Shown in pieces: positions 27,601 through 35,529 of a stretch of 47,570 nucleotides of DNA. The position numbers and the translations under genes were made by a program. Under the pieces are notes generated by a model, which was given only the letters and a program-made list of their open reading frames with translations, had not been told where the DNA came from and searched no databases. The number at the start of each line of letters is the position of its first letter. Positions within the stretch are counted from its first letter, which is position 1. Source of the DNA: Candidatus Aenigmatarchaeota archaeon (lineage in GTDB: Archaea > Aenigmatarchaeota > Aenigmatarchaeia > QMZP01 > QMZT01); contig QMZT01000003.1 in NCBI GenBank assembly GCA_003663325.1, forward strand, positions 1 to 47,570, written 5' to 3'.

Positions 27601-29012
27601 TTGCGGAGGACTCCTTTACCATTCATGTAGAATCTGCAAAGCCTGTGATCAACTCAATATCCCTGCTCCCAGAGCAACCAACGACAAATGATGATATAAT
27701 ATGCACAGTTATGGTAAGTGATGCTAACAGCGATCTTAATTACGTACTTTTCGAGTGGTATATAAATGGCATAAAGGTTAAGAGTGAGACGAAAAATGTT
27801 TATTCATACTCAGACACGGCAAAAAGTACTCTTCCACGCTCATATACAGCAAGCGGTGATACAGTGAGGTGCGTAGCAAGTGTTGTAGATATGCGCAACA
27901 ATATAGCCAGGTCTGAGAAATCAATTGCTATAATGCAGGAGATATCACTCGCGCCTGTAGCTATTATAAGTGCAAGCCATTACAGAGTAAAGCCTGCTGT
28001 GCCTGTTTATTTCTCGGGGGCAAATAGTTATGATAGGGATGGGTACATAACAAGCTACTATTTTGATTTTGGAGATGGGCATAGTAGTGGTTGGACCATG
28101 CATAGTGGTGTCTATCATTCCTATGCCAGACCAGGGGTTTATAACGTAAAGCTGAAGGTGATGGATAATACAGGAAAGATAAGCGCATGGTCTCAAGTAA
28201 CAATAGTTGTTGAAAGTGAAGATGTGTGCGGGGTTGAGATAACAAAGATAGAGCATCCAACAAGTGTTGTTAAAAATGCCTGGACCAAGGTGTGGGTTAA
28301 AAATACGGGAAGCGTGACAACAAAGATTGTATTGAGATTGTATATAGATGGGGTTATAAAGAGTACATACACAGCGATACTTTCTGCAGGAGAAGAGAGA
28401 CTAAATAAATTCGATTTTGTGTTAGATAATGGCACATATAACATAAAAATAGAAGCATTCGCCTATTGCAACAGCTATGACTATGAATGTTTCACAATAA
28501 GCTCCGTTCCTGAGCCTGGTGTAGAAAAGGTAAGCATGGCTCCCTCTGAACCACAGAAGGTTGCAGAATTTGTTAAAGTATACCCAGATTCTATCGATAT
28601 GGAGGTGCATACAGGAAGCGTTATTACAATAGAGCTGCAGAGCAGGGAGAAAGCGGTATATAATATAGAGGTTGAGGGTATGCCGAGAGATTGGCTTAGC
28701 TATCCCGATACCGTTGAGGTTGAAGGGAACAAAAAGGTTTACGTATATGTAACGCCTCATGAAATTGGGAGATATAGTCTTTTAGTAAGGGTATCAAGTA
28801 ATGAGACGAGTATAAGCAAACCCATTGGCGTGTATGCGGCCCCTTCCCTAGCCAGAAAGGTAAGCAAGGATGTTACTGGGTTGTTTTTGCAGAAAAATGC
28901 AATATATTTTGCAGGAGGCATAGTATTTATAGTCTTCATATCCCTTCTTTATTATCTAATAAAGGCGAGGAGGAAAAGTTATACCGAAGAGGTATATGGG
29001 AGTTATTACTAA
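24612..29012 (+). CDS. Large cell-surface protein with disulfide-type Ig repeats, two PKD domains and a C-terminal TM anchor (start may be TTG 24627 or ATG 24642)
   Basis: Signal peptide ..PLVSA; six P..P...D.L/I.C...W...C repeats; PKD motifs FDASQSYDDDG..YKFNFGD and FSGANSYDRDG..YYFDFGDG; C-terminal TM followed by KARRK. Confidence 0.85.
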   Translation: MIEIRLKESVMVLCILFAMFPLVSALDVDIAPAKPHTSDDLKCNINGYAEDYLFRWYRNGKYYTEGYGKDVISHEETKKGDKWECRVYSYLGSFGLTEAGRASTSIVNAVPSISLLEPENNAIVDDEWVSFRWQGYDEDDDELSYTLFVGNSLETMQEVVEIKSKSYTMHVERGEQYYWKVRVCDGQECKESRAWSFSVKEEVEQCEPELYVTTNQINFGEIEKGLTAERSFYIGNRGCGKLSYNIEYDIDIVVSPSFGIIDREQSEKIIVRIDTNKLNPGYYEAYLRISSNGGAANVKLIAMVKAKPIPQKEHMPKALNVHIEPLRPKTTDRLTCEYDFYDEDDDDEGKSVVKWYKNGIFWKAGKVLDSSYTKKGDVWKCSVEPVDSKGNHGTISYSPPITIENSPPKLKKNIEDQIGKESMAFVINLRDYFYDPDVEDGVETLTYYIPPLSHFQSKLIGDIVTFTPHSKHGIEHIVIVASDSHASVSSNRFKLEITHENIPPVARLSANRYEIEEHEEVVFDASQSYDDDGYIVAYKFNFGDTATEWLSASVIRHAYNREGIYYAYVEVKDNDGKVSRSEKLMINVLKAEPEPETVTENHIPVIHSLSLQPSTPAPDDNLVCYAAVSDADGNLNNIEFSWLINGNTVKTANKIIAGSNAERSDTLLIDAHAGDKITCKVKVVDKKGAYSIRHVEVTVAARTQPSILSISISPSHPSPTDTLTCSALIEDEDADLSTAKFEWYKNNQFIAKREKSIEGGRLSVSDSIYIPKSDRDIITCVLTVYDSSTLSSSKSASVSITQLALPTLNEPPVFDSISIYPSIPLANNDITCTVSVSDRDGNLNYVVFYWYVDNILVKSITKGINGYSAITSDTLRSSYIEKDSIVRCMAKVYDGKNAWSKAEKSVTVSIVSTAKTPPSIDIPDYHTMPGKSIVIDLWEYASDEEDSDAMLKFFILSQSDTSSAYCVIEHMHYIKCYAKKDGSSVVSVRVFDSSGLFAEDSFTIHVESAKPVINSISLLPEQPTTNDDIICTVMVSDANSDLNYVLFEWYINGIKVKSETKNVYSYSDTAKSTLPRSYTASGDTVRCVASVVDMRNNIARSEKSIAIMQEISLAPVAIISASHYRVKPAVPVYFSGANSYDRDGYITSYYFDFGDGHSSGWTMHSGVYHSYARPGVYNVKLKVMDNTGKISAWSQVTIVVESEDVCGVEITKIEHPTSVVKNAWTKVWVKNTGSVTTKIVLRLYIDGVIKSTYTAILSAGEERLNKFDFVLDNGTYNIKIEAFAYCNSYDYECFTISSVPEPGVEKVSMAPSEPQKVAEFVKVYPDSIDMEVHTGSVITIELQSREKAVYNIEVEGMPRDWLSYPDTVEVEGNKKVYVYVTPHEIGRYSLLVRVSSNETSISKPIGVYAAPSLARKVSKDVTGLFLQKNAIYFAGGIVFIVFISLLYYLIKARRKSYTEEVYGSYY

Positions 29013-29013
29013 A

Positions 29014-29061
29014 CAGAAAATATTTATAAATTTAACTACCAATAAATAAGTAAGTTTGGTG
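29014..29061 (+). promoter_or_regulatory. Putative archaeal promoter (BRE + TATA) and SD upstream of the second surface protein
   Basis: CAGAAAA followed by TATTTATAAA (29021-29030); TGGTGA SD just before ATG 29068. Confidence 0.55.
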
Positions 29062-29067
29062 AAAAAT

Positions 29068-31266
29068 ATGAAATATGCAATCATAGCAGCATGCATCGTT
29101 GTGTTAATATTAGCGCCTGGTGCTTTTGCATACTCAAATTTGGAAATGGTAATAACGCCGAGCTATGTTTCAGTATGCCCATGTAGTGCAGCCTCTAATA
29201 TAAATCTCATGCTCACAAATCTCGATGATGAAACAGATACGTACAAGCTAAGGTTAGGGCTTCCATCCGGCTGGTCTGGTTTCATAGAACCTGAGGTTAC
29301 ACTTGCCTCTGGTGAAAGCAGAAGTGTAAGCATTTATGTAACGCCTGATTGTGTCTCTGAGCCAGCTGTTTATATTGTAAAGGTCATTGCTACCTCTAGC
29401 CTAACAGGTGAGGTATTTTCAAAGGATCTTAAGGTAGAGGTTTTGAGATGCCATCATGTTAAATTGTATGTTGAACCTCAAATCTCTATGTGTAAGGGGG
29501 AAAGTATAGATTATGGCATAGATGTAAAGAATATGGGGAAGTTTGATGAGGAATTTAATGTCAATATAGCTACGCCATGGGGGCAACATATAACCCATAC
29601 CATTAAGCTCTTATCTCAACAAACGAAAAGGATCGTTGTAAAATTAACACCGCCAGCAGATAAAACAGGTGAGTACTATATAGAGGTTGATGCCAACTCT
29701 TTAACGAGCTATGCAAGCGATACGGCTGTAAGCGAGCTTACAATAGAAAACTGTTATGATTTTGACGCATACCTGAGCCCATTCTCCCAAGATGTGTGTT
29801 TAGGTAGGCTTGCAAGGTTTGATTTGGTAATAGTAAATAAAGGCACCAAGGACGATAACTATACTATTTCAATGCCGTCATGGGTTATCTCCGATAAGGA
29901 AAGTGTCTACCTAAAAGGTGGCAGGCAAGGGAATGTAAAAATATACGTAAAGCCAAGAGTAGCGTTTGAAAAGGAATTTGATATAACGATAGCATCTTCA
30001 AAAAAGCCGGGGTTAAGGTATGTAGTAAAGGGTAAGGTTAGCGCAAGGGATTGTAGGAAGGTTGCAGTAATAATAACACCTGCAGACTCAGAGGTATGTT
30101 ATGGGTTGGAGAAGGTATATGATGTTATTATAAAGAACACGGGAACCATAGAAGAGACCTACAATATTGTATCTACGCATGGTAAACTTTCACAGAGCAA
30201 GGTATTTCTCAATCCAGGTGAGACTAAAAAGGTAAAACTAACTGTTGGTGCTGAGGAAATGGAGCTTGGAAAGGTTATGGTAATTGTGGTAAAGGCGTTT
30301 GCAAAAGGCATAGCGGATGAAAACATAGCAACGCTTGCTGTTAAGAATTGTTATTCTGCTGAAATGAGCGTGGAGCCAGAGTATAAAAAAGCATGTAGAA
30401 AAGAGGTAATAAACTACTCTATTAACGTAAAGAATACAGGCAGATTTACAGATAGCTACACATTATACATGGATAATAAAGAGATTGCCAAATTCATACT
30501 CAGAAGTGGCGAGGAGACCGTATTTACAAAAAGCCTTTACCTCTTCCAGCCATATGCACAAACCAAAGAAATTACCTTTAAGCTTAATTCATCCTTTGTA
30601 GCTGTTGAAAAACATGTAAAGGTGGATATTAGACCAATAGAAGAATGTTATAGTGTTGAGATTAACATAGAGGGTAATGGGAAAAGGGTGAAGGTTATAG
30701 GTATGCCAACAGGTGCTGGTGTTGCAACGGGCTTTATAAAAGAAAGGGCGGCAAAGGTAAATGTTGATGTGTGTAAGACGGCTGTGTTAAACGTTAGGAT
30801 AAGGAACATAGGGGAAATGAGTGATGTGTATAACGTAGCGATTGAGGGGCCAGAATGGGTCTATATAAGCCAACAAAAATTCCTGTTGAAGAAGGGTGAA
30901 GCAAAGAATGCGTATATATACATCTCGCCACCATACAATGTAAAAGGAAGCTATGTAGCAAAGTTAATTGTTTCGTCGGAGAATATCAAAAAGGTTGTAG
31001 AAATTTTAATAAATGTAAATCAGTGGGATGCGTGTGTAATTGAAGGGAGAGAGGTTAATATAACCACGCCGGCGCAGCCAAAAGAGAATGTAACAAATAT
31101 AAGTGGCATAGAAGTGCCAACAAGGAACGTAACAGCTAATATAAGCAATGAGACGATAACAGGCGCTGTTCCCGTAAAGATAGGTTTGAAGAGTATACTG
31201 GCAGTAGTAATAATAATATCAATAGTTTGTATATTGGCTGCAAAGATTATAATGGTAGTGAAGTAG
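29068..31266 (+). CDS. Cell-surface protein with six Cys-bracketed Ig-like (COG1470/NEW3-like) repeats and C-terminal TM anchor
   Basis: Signal peptide ..PGAFA; repeated N.G...D/E.Y/F motif; N-glycosylation-rich stalk; C-terminal hydrophobic helix. Confidence 0.85.
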   Translation: MKYAIIAACIVVLILAPGAFAYSNLEMVITPSYVSVCPCSAASNINLMLTNLDDETDTYKLRLGLPSGWSGFIEPEVTLASGESRSVSIYVTPDCVSEPAVYIVKVIATSSLTGEVFSKDLKVEVLRCHHVKLYVEPQISMCKGESIDYGIDVKNMGKFDEEFNVNIATPWGQHITHTIKLLSQQTKRIVVKLTPPADKTGEYYIEVDANSLTSYASDTAVSELTIENCYDFDAYLSPFSQDVCLGRLARFDLVIVNKGTKDDNYTISMPSWVISDKESVYLKGGRQGNVKIYVKPRVAFEKEFDITIASSKKPGLRYVVKGKVSARDCRKVAVIITPADSEVCYGLEKVYDVIIKNTGTIEETYNIVSTHGKLSQSKVFLNPGETKKVKLTVGAEEMELGKVMVIVVKAFAKGIADENIATLAVKNCYSAEMSVEPEYKKACRKEVINYSINVKNTGRFTDSYTLYMDNKEIAKFILRSGEETVFTKSLYLFQPYAQTKEITFKLNSSFVAVEKHVKVDIRPIEECYSVEINIEGNGKRVKVIGMPTGAGVATGFIKERAAKVNVDVCKTAVLNVRIRNIGEMSDVYNVAIEGPEWVYISQQKFLLKKGEAKNAYIYISPPYNVKGSYVAKLIVSSENIKKVVEILINVNQWDACVIEGREVNITTPAQPKENVTNISGIEVPTRNVTANISNETITGAVPVKIGLKSILAVVIIISIVCILAAKIIMVVK

Positions 31267-31318
31267 TAATGGCCGTTGATTTTTAAAAAGCATAATAAAT
31301 CTATCTCTAAATTTTAAT

Positions 31319-32257
31319 ATGGTAAAAATAGCGTTTTTTGAGATTAGCGAGCAGGATAAAGCATTTTTTAGAAAAAATGTAAACGGTAGTATGGTGTTTT
31401 ATAAAGAGAGGCTAAGCCTAAAAAATATAGAAAAGGCACGGGGTTGTGAGGTTGTATGCATATCTATATATTCAAAAATCAATAAGGCTGTGATTGATAA
31501 GCTTCCGTCACTCAAATTCATAGCGACACGCTCTACTGGATACGATCATATAGATACAAGGGAATGTAGAAAGAGGGGCATAGCTGTTTCCAATGTTCCT
31601 GATTATAGCAACAATGCCGTAGCGGAGCATACATTTGCTTTAATTCTTGCGCTCTTTCGGAATATGAAAAGTGTTTTAAAGGGTGTGCAAGAAAGGTCCA
31701 AGCTTAGTGGTGCTGAGCTAAAAGGTAAAACGATTGGTGTAATTGGTACAGGTAAAATTGGGATGAATGTTATAAGGATAGCAAAGGGATTTGGAATGAA
31801 GGTTATAGCTTATGATATAAATAAAAATATTAAAGCATCTCATACTATTGGCTTTAAATATACTTCTTTGGATTATTTATTTAGGCATGCTGACATAATA
31901 ACATTGCATGTGCCTTATACAGAAAAGACACACCACCTCATAAACAAGGAAAATATAAATAATATCAAAAAAGGCAGTGTGATTATAAATACCTCAAGGG
32001 GCAGGGTTATCGAGACACAAGCATTGATTGAAGCTTTAGATAAAGGTATTTTGGCTGGCGCTGGCTTAGATGTGCTGGAGTATGAAGAAAAGCCAGAGGA
32101 GTGTAGAAGGAGATTTAAAAGGCTGTTTAGGATGGCTAACGTTATAGTTACGCCTCATATAGCTGCCTGTACAAGAGAGGCTATGAAAAGGCTTAGAGAA
32201 GTTACAGCAAAAAATATTAATGCATTTATTAGAGGCAAGGCGATAAATTTGGTTTAG
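31319..32257 (+). CDS. D-isomer-specific 2-hydroxyacid dehydrogenase (D-lactate dehydrogenase-like)
   Basis: TRSTGYDHID, NVPDYS..AVAEH, GVIGTGKIG, INTSRG, GLDVLE.E, TPHIA. Confidence 0.92.
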   Translation: MVKIAFFEISEQDKAFFRKNVNGSMVFYKERLSLKNIEKARGCEVVCISIYSKINKAVIDKLPSLKFIATRSTGYDHIDTRECRKRGIAVSNVPDYSNNAVAEHTFALILALFRNMKSVLKGVQERSKLSGAELKGKTIGVIGTGKIGMNVIRIAKGFGMKVIAYDINKNIKASHTIGFKYTSLDYLFRHADIITLHVPYTEKTHHLINKENINNIKKGSVIINTSRGRVIETQALIEALDKGILAGAGLDVLEYEEKPEECRRRFKRLFRMANVIVTPHIAACTREAMKRLREVTAKNINAFIRGKAINLV

Positions 32258-32270
32258 CCTGCATTAATTT

Positions 32271-32702
32271 CTATTTAATCTCACTTAAATCACCCTTGAG
32301 TACTATTGGCTGCATAGCTTTAATTTCATCTTTGTAGATCATATCGGGAATTTCGTTAAGCAAAAATATCTTTTTGTTTAGTATGTAGGCAAATCCCATC
32401 TCTAAAAAAACACTCCCACCAATATAATTCTTAATTCCCTTTTTATCGAAATTTAGGACAAGAATCGCATCTGACTTTTTGATCTTTCTAAAATGCTCTC
32501 TTATAGCGTCTTGCCTTATTGCCCTATTTGAAATCTCACCGGTTTCTTTTTCTCTCATTATTTGTTCAAATGCAAGCTTACCGTTTAATATCATCTCAGC
32601 AGTTTTAGGTATTAGTACTTCATGACCTTGCTTGATCAACCTCTTCCTTATATCTCCAATCTTATATGTGAAATCCAGGCTTGAACAGATTGTAATTCTC
32701 AT
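32271..32702 (-). CDS. Nucleoside 2-deoxyribosyltransferase-like (flavodoxin-like fold) hypothetical protein
   Basis: MRITICSS, IKKSDAILVLN...YIGGSVFLEMGFAY.LNK.IF; ATG 32702 avoids overlap with hypF. Confidence 0.65.
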   Translation of the reverse strand: MRITICSSLDFTYKIGDIRKRLIKQGHEVLIPKTAEMILNGKLAFEQIMREKETGEISNRAIRQDAIREHFRKIKKSDAILVLNFDKKGIKNYIGGSVFLEMGFAYILNKKIFLLNEIPDMIYKDEIKAMQPIVLKGDLSEIK

Positions 32703-32716
32703 ATTTTTTAAATGAG

Positions 32717-34942
32717 CTAAGGTCTTAAATATTTCACACATGCAAGCTGACCAAAGCTTATACCACCATCCCCACATGGCACGTGTTTATTTCTATATAC
32801 ATTCCCTAACTCCCTCTCCAGTGTTTTACTTATTATTTCATTGTAAGCAACACCACCACTAAAGCATACCTCCATGCCAAATCTTTTTGCTATCTTTGCA
32901 AGCCCCTTTCCTATTGCATAATGTACGGACAGCGCAATATCGCTTACAGGCTCATCTAAATGCTCCATAATACCCTTGAATATCTCTGTCGTACTTAGCA
33001 CATAACATCCGTTTATTTCCTTAACCTTAACAGGTAGCTCCAAATCCCTTTTCCCCTTTAAAGCTATACTTTCAAGCTTCATTGCAGGTTCTCCTTCATA
33101 GCTTCTCCTTTTACATATGCCAAGAAATGCTGAAACAGCATCCAAAAACCTTCCACAACTTGTAGTTTCTACTATGTTAAATTTATTTTCCAGTTGTCTT
33201 AACCACACACCAACATGGCTTTCCTCGCTTTCCTTAATCAGCTTTGCGATCTCTTCTTCATTCAAAAACTTGCTCATTATGGCAACACTAAGCCTTAGCG
33301 GTTCCTTTGTTGCGTAATCCCCGCCAATCATGGCTTGTGTTTCAAGCATGCCAACCCTTTCTAACCTGCCATTTTTGTATAAAAACACCTCCCCTCCCCA
33401 TGCTTTTCCATCACTTCCGTAGCCAAACCCATCGCACACAATGCCAACTCCCTTTTCTAGATTGTTTTCTTGCATGCAAGAAAAGAAATGGGCGATGTGG
33501 TGTTGCTGCCTCAAGAGAACGGCATTAAACCTTTTTGCAAGTTTTGATGCAAGGTTTGATGTGTTAAATCTTGGGTGCAAATCGCATACAACATACTTAA
33601 TACTCTTTATCTTTAGCATATCAAGGAACTTCATCACCTCTTTCTCAAGCCCATCCAGCGCATTGATACTTTCAATATCCCCATTGTATGAGGATATGTA
33701 AGCTTTACCAGCCTTATATATACAAAATGTATTTGAGTAGTCTGAGCCCATGCAGATTATCGCATGCTTTCCAGCATCTATTTTCAATGGGAGCGGAACG
33801 AATCCTCTTGCCCTTCTTATAAAACTAACCTTTCTATTAACTACTCTTATAACAGAGTCATCACATCTGTTAGCTATATCTCTATCATGTATTAAAAAGC
33901 AATCAACAATATCTTTAAGCTCGGTCAGAGCTTTTTTATCATCTATTATTGTTGGCTCTCCAGATAGGTTTGCAGATGTCATTATAACAGGCTCCTTTAT
34001 ATAATCAAAAAGAAGATAATGCATACCCGTGTATGGTAAAAAAACACCGACATTGTGCAGGCCGGGTGCAACAAATTTAGAAAGATTATAGTGCTCGGAT
34101 TTCCTTAAAAGAACTATTGGTCTTGCATAGCTTTCAAGCAAACCCTTTTCTTTTTTACTAATTACACAAAATCTCTTTGCCATTTCAACATCCCTTACCA
34201 TAACTGCAAATGGCTTATTGGCTCTCATTTTCCCCTTTCTCAATCTCTTAACTGCGCTATCTGAGGTTGCAAGACATGCAAGATGCCATCCACCTACACC
34301 TTTCATAGCAATTATTCCCCCTTTTTTAATAATTTTTGCTGCAATTTCGATGCAATTGCCTGCTATTTTATTATTTGTACAGATAAGCGCAAGCCTAGGC
34401 CCACATTCATAGCACGCTATGGTTTGTGCATGATAACGCCTATTCGCTATGGTGCTGTATTCTTCCTCGCATCTCCTGCACATCCCGAACTTGCCCATGG
34501 TTGTATTCTCCCTATCATAGGGTAGGTTTTTAATTATACTAAACCTTGGTCCACAATTGGTACATGTTATAAACCAATACCTATACCTCCTGTTCTCTCT
34601 GCTATAAAGCTCTTTTATGCATTCCTTGCATATAGCTATATCTGGCGGTATAGTTATGTCTGCATGGCCGTGCTCTGTACTCTTTTCTATCTTAAATCCC
34701 CTGCACTTTTTTGCTCTTGTTGCCTTTATTTGAATAGATTCTATGTGAAAGGGTTCTGGGAGAGCTTTAATATCACTTATGAAAGCCTTTAGCTCTTCTC
34801 CTTTTCCACATGCCAGAATCTCAATACCTTGCGGTGTATTCCTAACATACCCCTTTATATTATTTTTTACCGCTATCCTATGTATAGAAGGTCTTATACC
34901 CAGCCCCTGCACTATCCCTCTTATCAGAATAATCCTTTGCAT
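32717..34942 (-). CDS. hypF: [NiFe]-hydrogenase maturation carbamoyltransferase HypF
   Basis: Acylphosphatase domain GIVQGLGIRP; two Zn fingers (CKEC...CTNCGPRF, CRRC...CYECGP); YrdC-like KGVGGWHLAC; DLHP, QHHIAH, DGFGYG.DG, SGGV, GDGGISFGQ. Confidence 0.96.
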   Translation of the reverse strand: MQRIILIRGIVQGLGIRPSIHRIAVKNNIKGYVRNTPQGIEILACGKGEELKAFISDIKALPEPFHIESIQIKATRAKKCRGFKIEKSTEHGHADITIPPDIAICKECIKELYSRENRRYRYWFITCTNCGPRFSIIKNLPYDRENTTMGKFGMCRRCEEEYSTIANRRYHAQTIACYECGPRLALICTNNKIAGNCIEIAAKIIKKGGIIAMKGVGGWHLACLATSDSAVKRLRKGKMRANKPFAVMVRDVEMAKRFCVISKKEKGLLESYARPIVLLRKSEHYNLSKFVAPGLHNVGVFLPYTGMHYLLFDYIKEPVIMTSANLSGEPTIIDDKKALTELKDIVDCFLIHDRDIANRCDDSVIRVVNRKVSFIRRARGFVPLPLKIDAGKHAIICMGSDYSNTFCIYKAGKAYISSYNGDIESINALDGLEKEVMKFLDMLKIKSIKYVVCDLHPRFNTSNLASKLAKRFNAVLLRQQHHIAHFFSCMQENNLEKGVGIVCDGFGYGSDGKAWGGEVFLYKNGRLERVGMLETQAMIGGDYATKEPLRLSVAIMSKFLNEEEIAKLIKESEESHVGVWLRQLENKFNIVETTSCGRFLDAVSAFLGICKRRSYEGEPAMKLESIALKGKRDLELPVKVKEINGCYVLSTTEIFKGIMEHLDEPVSDIALSVHYAIGKGLAKIAKRFGMEVCFSGGVAYNEIISKTLERELGNVYRNKHVPCGDGGISFGQLACVKYLRP

Positions 34943-34997
34943 ATAAAAGTTTTTATATTTTTTAAGCTAATAATACTCATTCAGAGAGGTAGATATT

Positions 34998-35282
34998 ATG
35001 AAGTTTCCAAAGGAGGTAAATACATACTGCCCGTATTGCAGAAAGCACACCATGCATGTAGTTAAACAAATAAAGAAAAAGGCTAGAGGCTCTGCGCATC
35101 CCATGAGCCAAGCAAACAGGCGCTTTGAAAGAAAGCTCAAAGGTTATGGTTCATTTCCAAGACCAAATCCAAAAGGCGAGGGGAAGCCAACAAAGAAGGT
35201 GGATTTGAGATTTACGTGCAAAGAATGCGGGAAGAAGCATGCAAAAACAGGATTTAGGGTTAAAAAATTTGAGCTGGTGTGA
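34998..35282 (+). CDS. rpl44e: 50S ribosomal protein L44e (eL42)
   Basis: [35 protein letters not shown]; SD GAGGT. Confidence 0.96.
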   Translation: MKFPKEVNTYCPYCRKHTMHVVKQIKKKARGSAHPMSQANRRFERKLKGYGSFPRPNPKGEGKPTKKVDLRFTCKECGKKHAKTGFRVKKFELV

Positions 35283-35285
35283 GCT

Positions 35286-35462
35286 ATGGTGTCAAGGTTT
35301 ATAAAAGTAAGATGTAAGAGGTGTAAGAACGAGCAGATAGTGTTTGAAAAGCCCGCAATGAATGTTAAGTGCTTGGTATGTGATGGTGAGCTTATTAAAT
35401 CAACCGGCGGGAAAGGCAAGCTCACAGAACATGCCGAAATAGTCGCAATTGTCCAAGGTTAA
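35286..35462 (+). CDS. rps27e: 30S ribosomal protein S27e (58 aa; not in the ORF track)
   Basis: Hand translation MVSRFIKVRCKRCKNEQIVFEKPAMNVKCLVCDGELIKSTGGKGKLTEHAEIVAIVQG: SRF.KV.C..C.NEQIVF, C..C, TGGK; canonical position after L44e. Confidence 0.95.
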   Translation: MVSRFIKVRCKRCKNEQIVFEKPAMNVKCLVCDGELIKSTGGKGKLTEHAEIVAIVQG

Positions 35463-35529
35463 TTTTCGATTTTGCTCATAGTCACTGTTTCGTATATTGT
35501 AACCAAGATTTATATATGGTTTCATATTA

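Noticed and set aside
32703-32777. Longer N-terminus (MWGWWYKLW...) of the 32271 ORF
   Set aside because: Overlaps the conserved hypF C-terminus; the family-like sequence starts at MRITICSS (32702).
35144-35425. Minus-strand 93-aa ORF over the rpl44e region
   Set aside because: Antisense shadow of rpl44e and the 58-aa rps27e gene.
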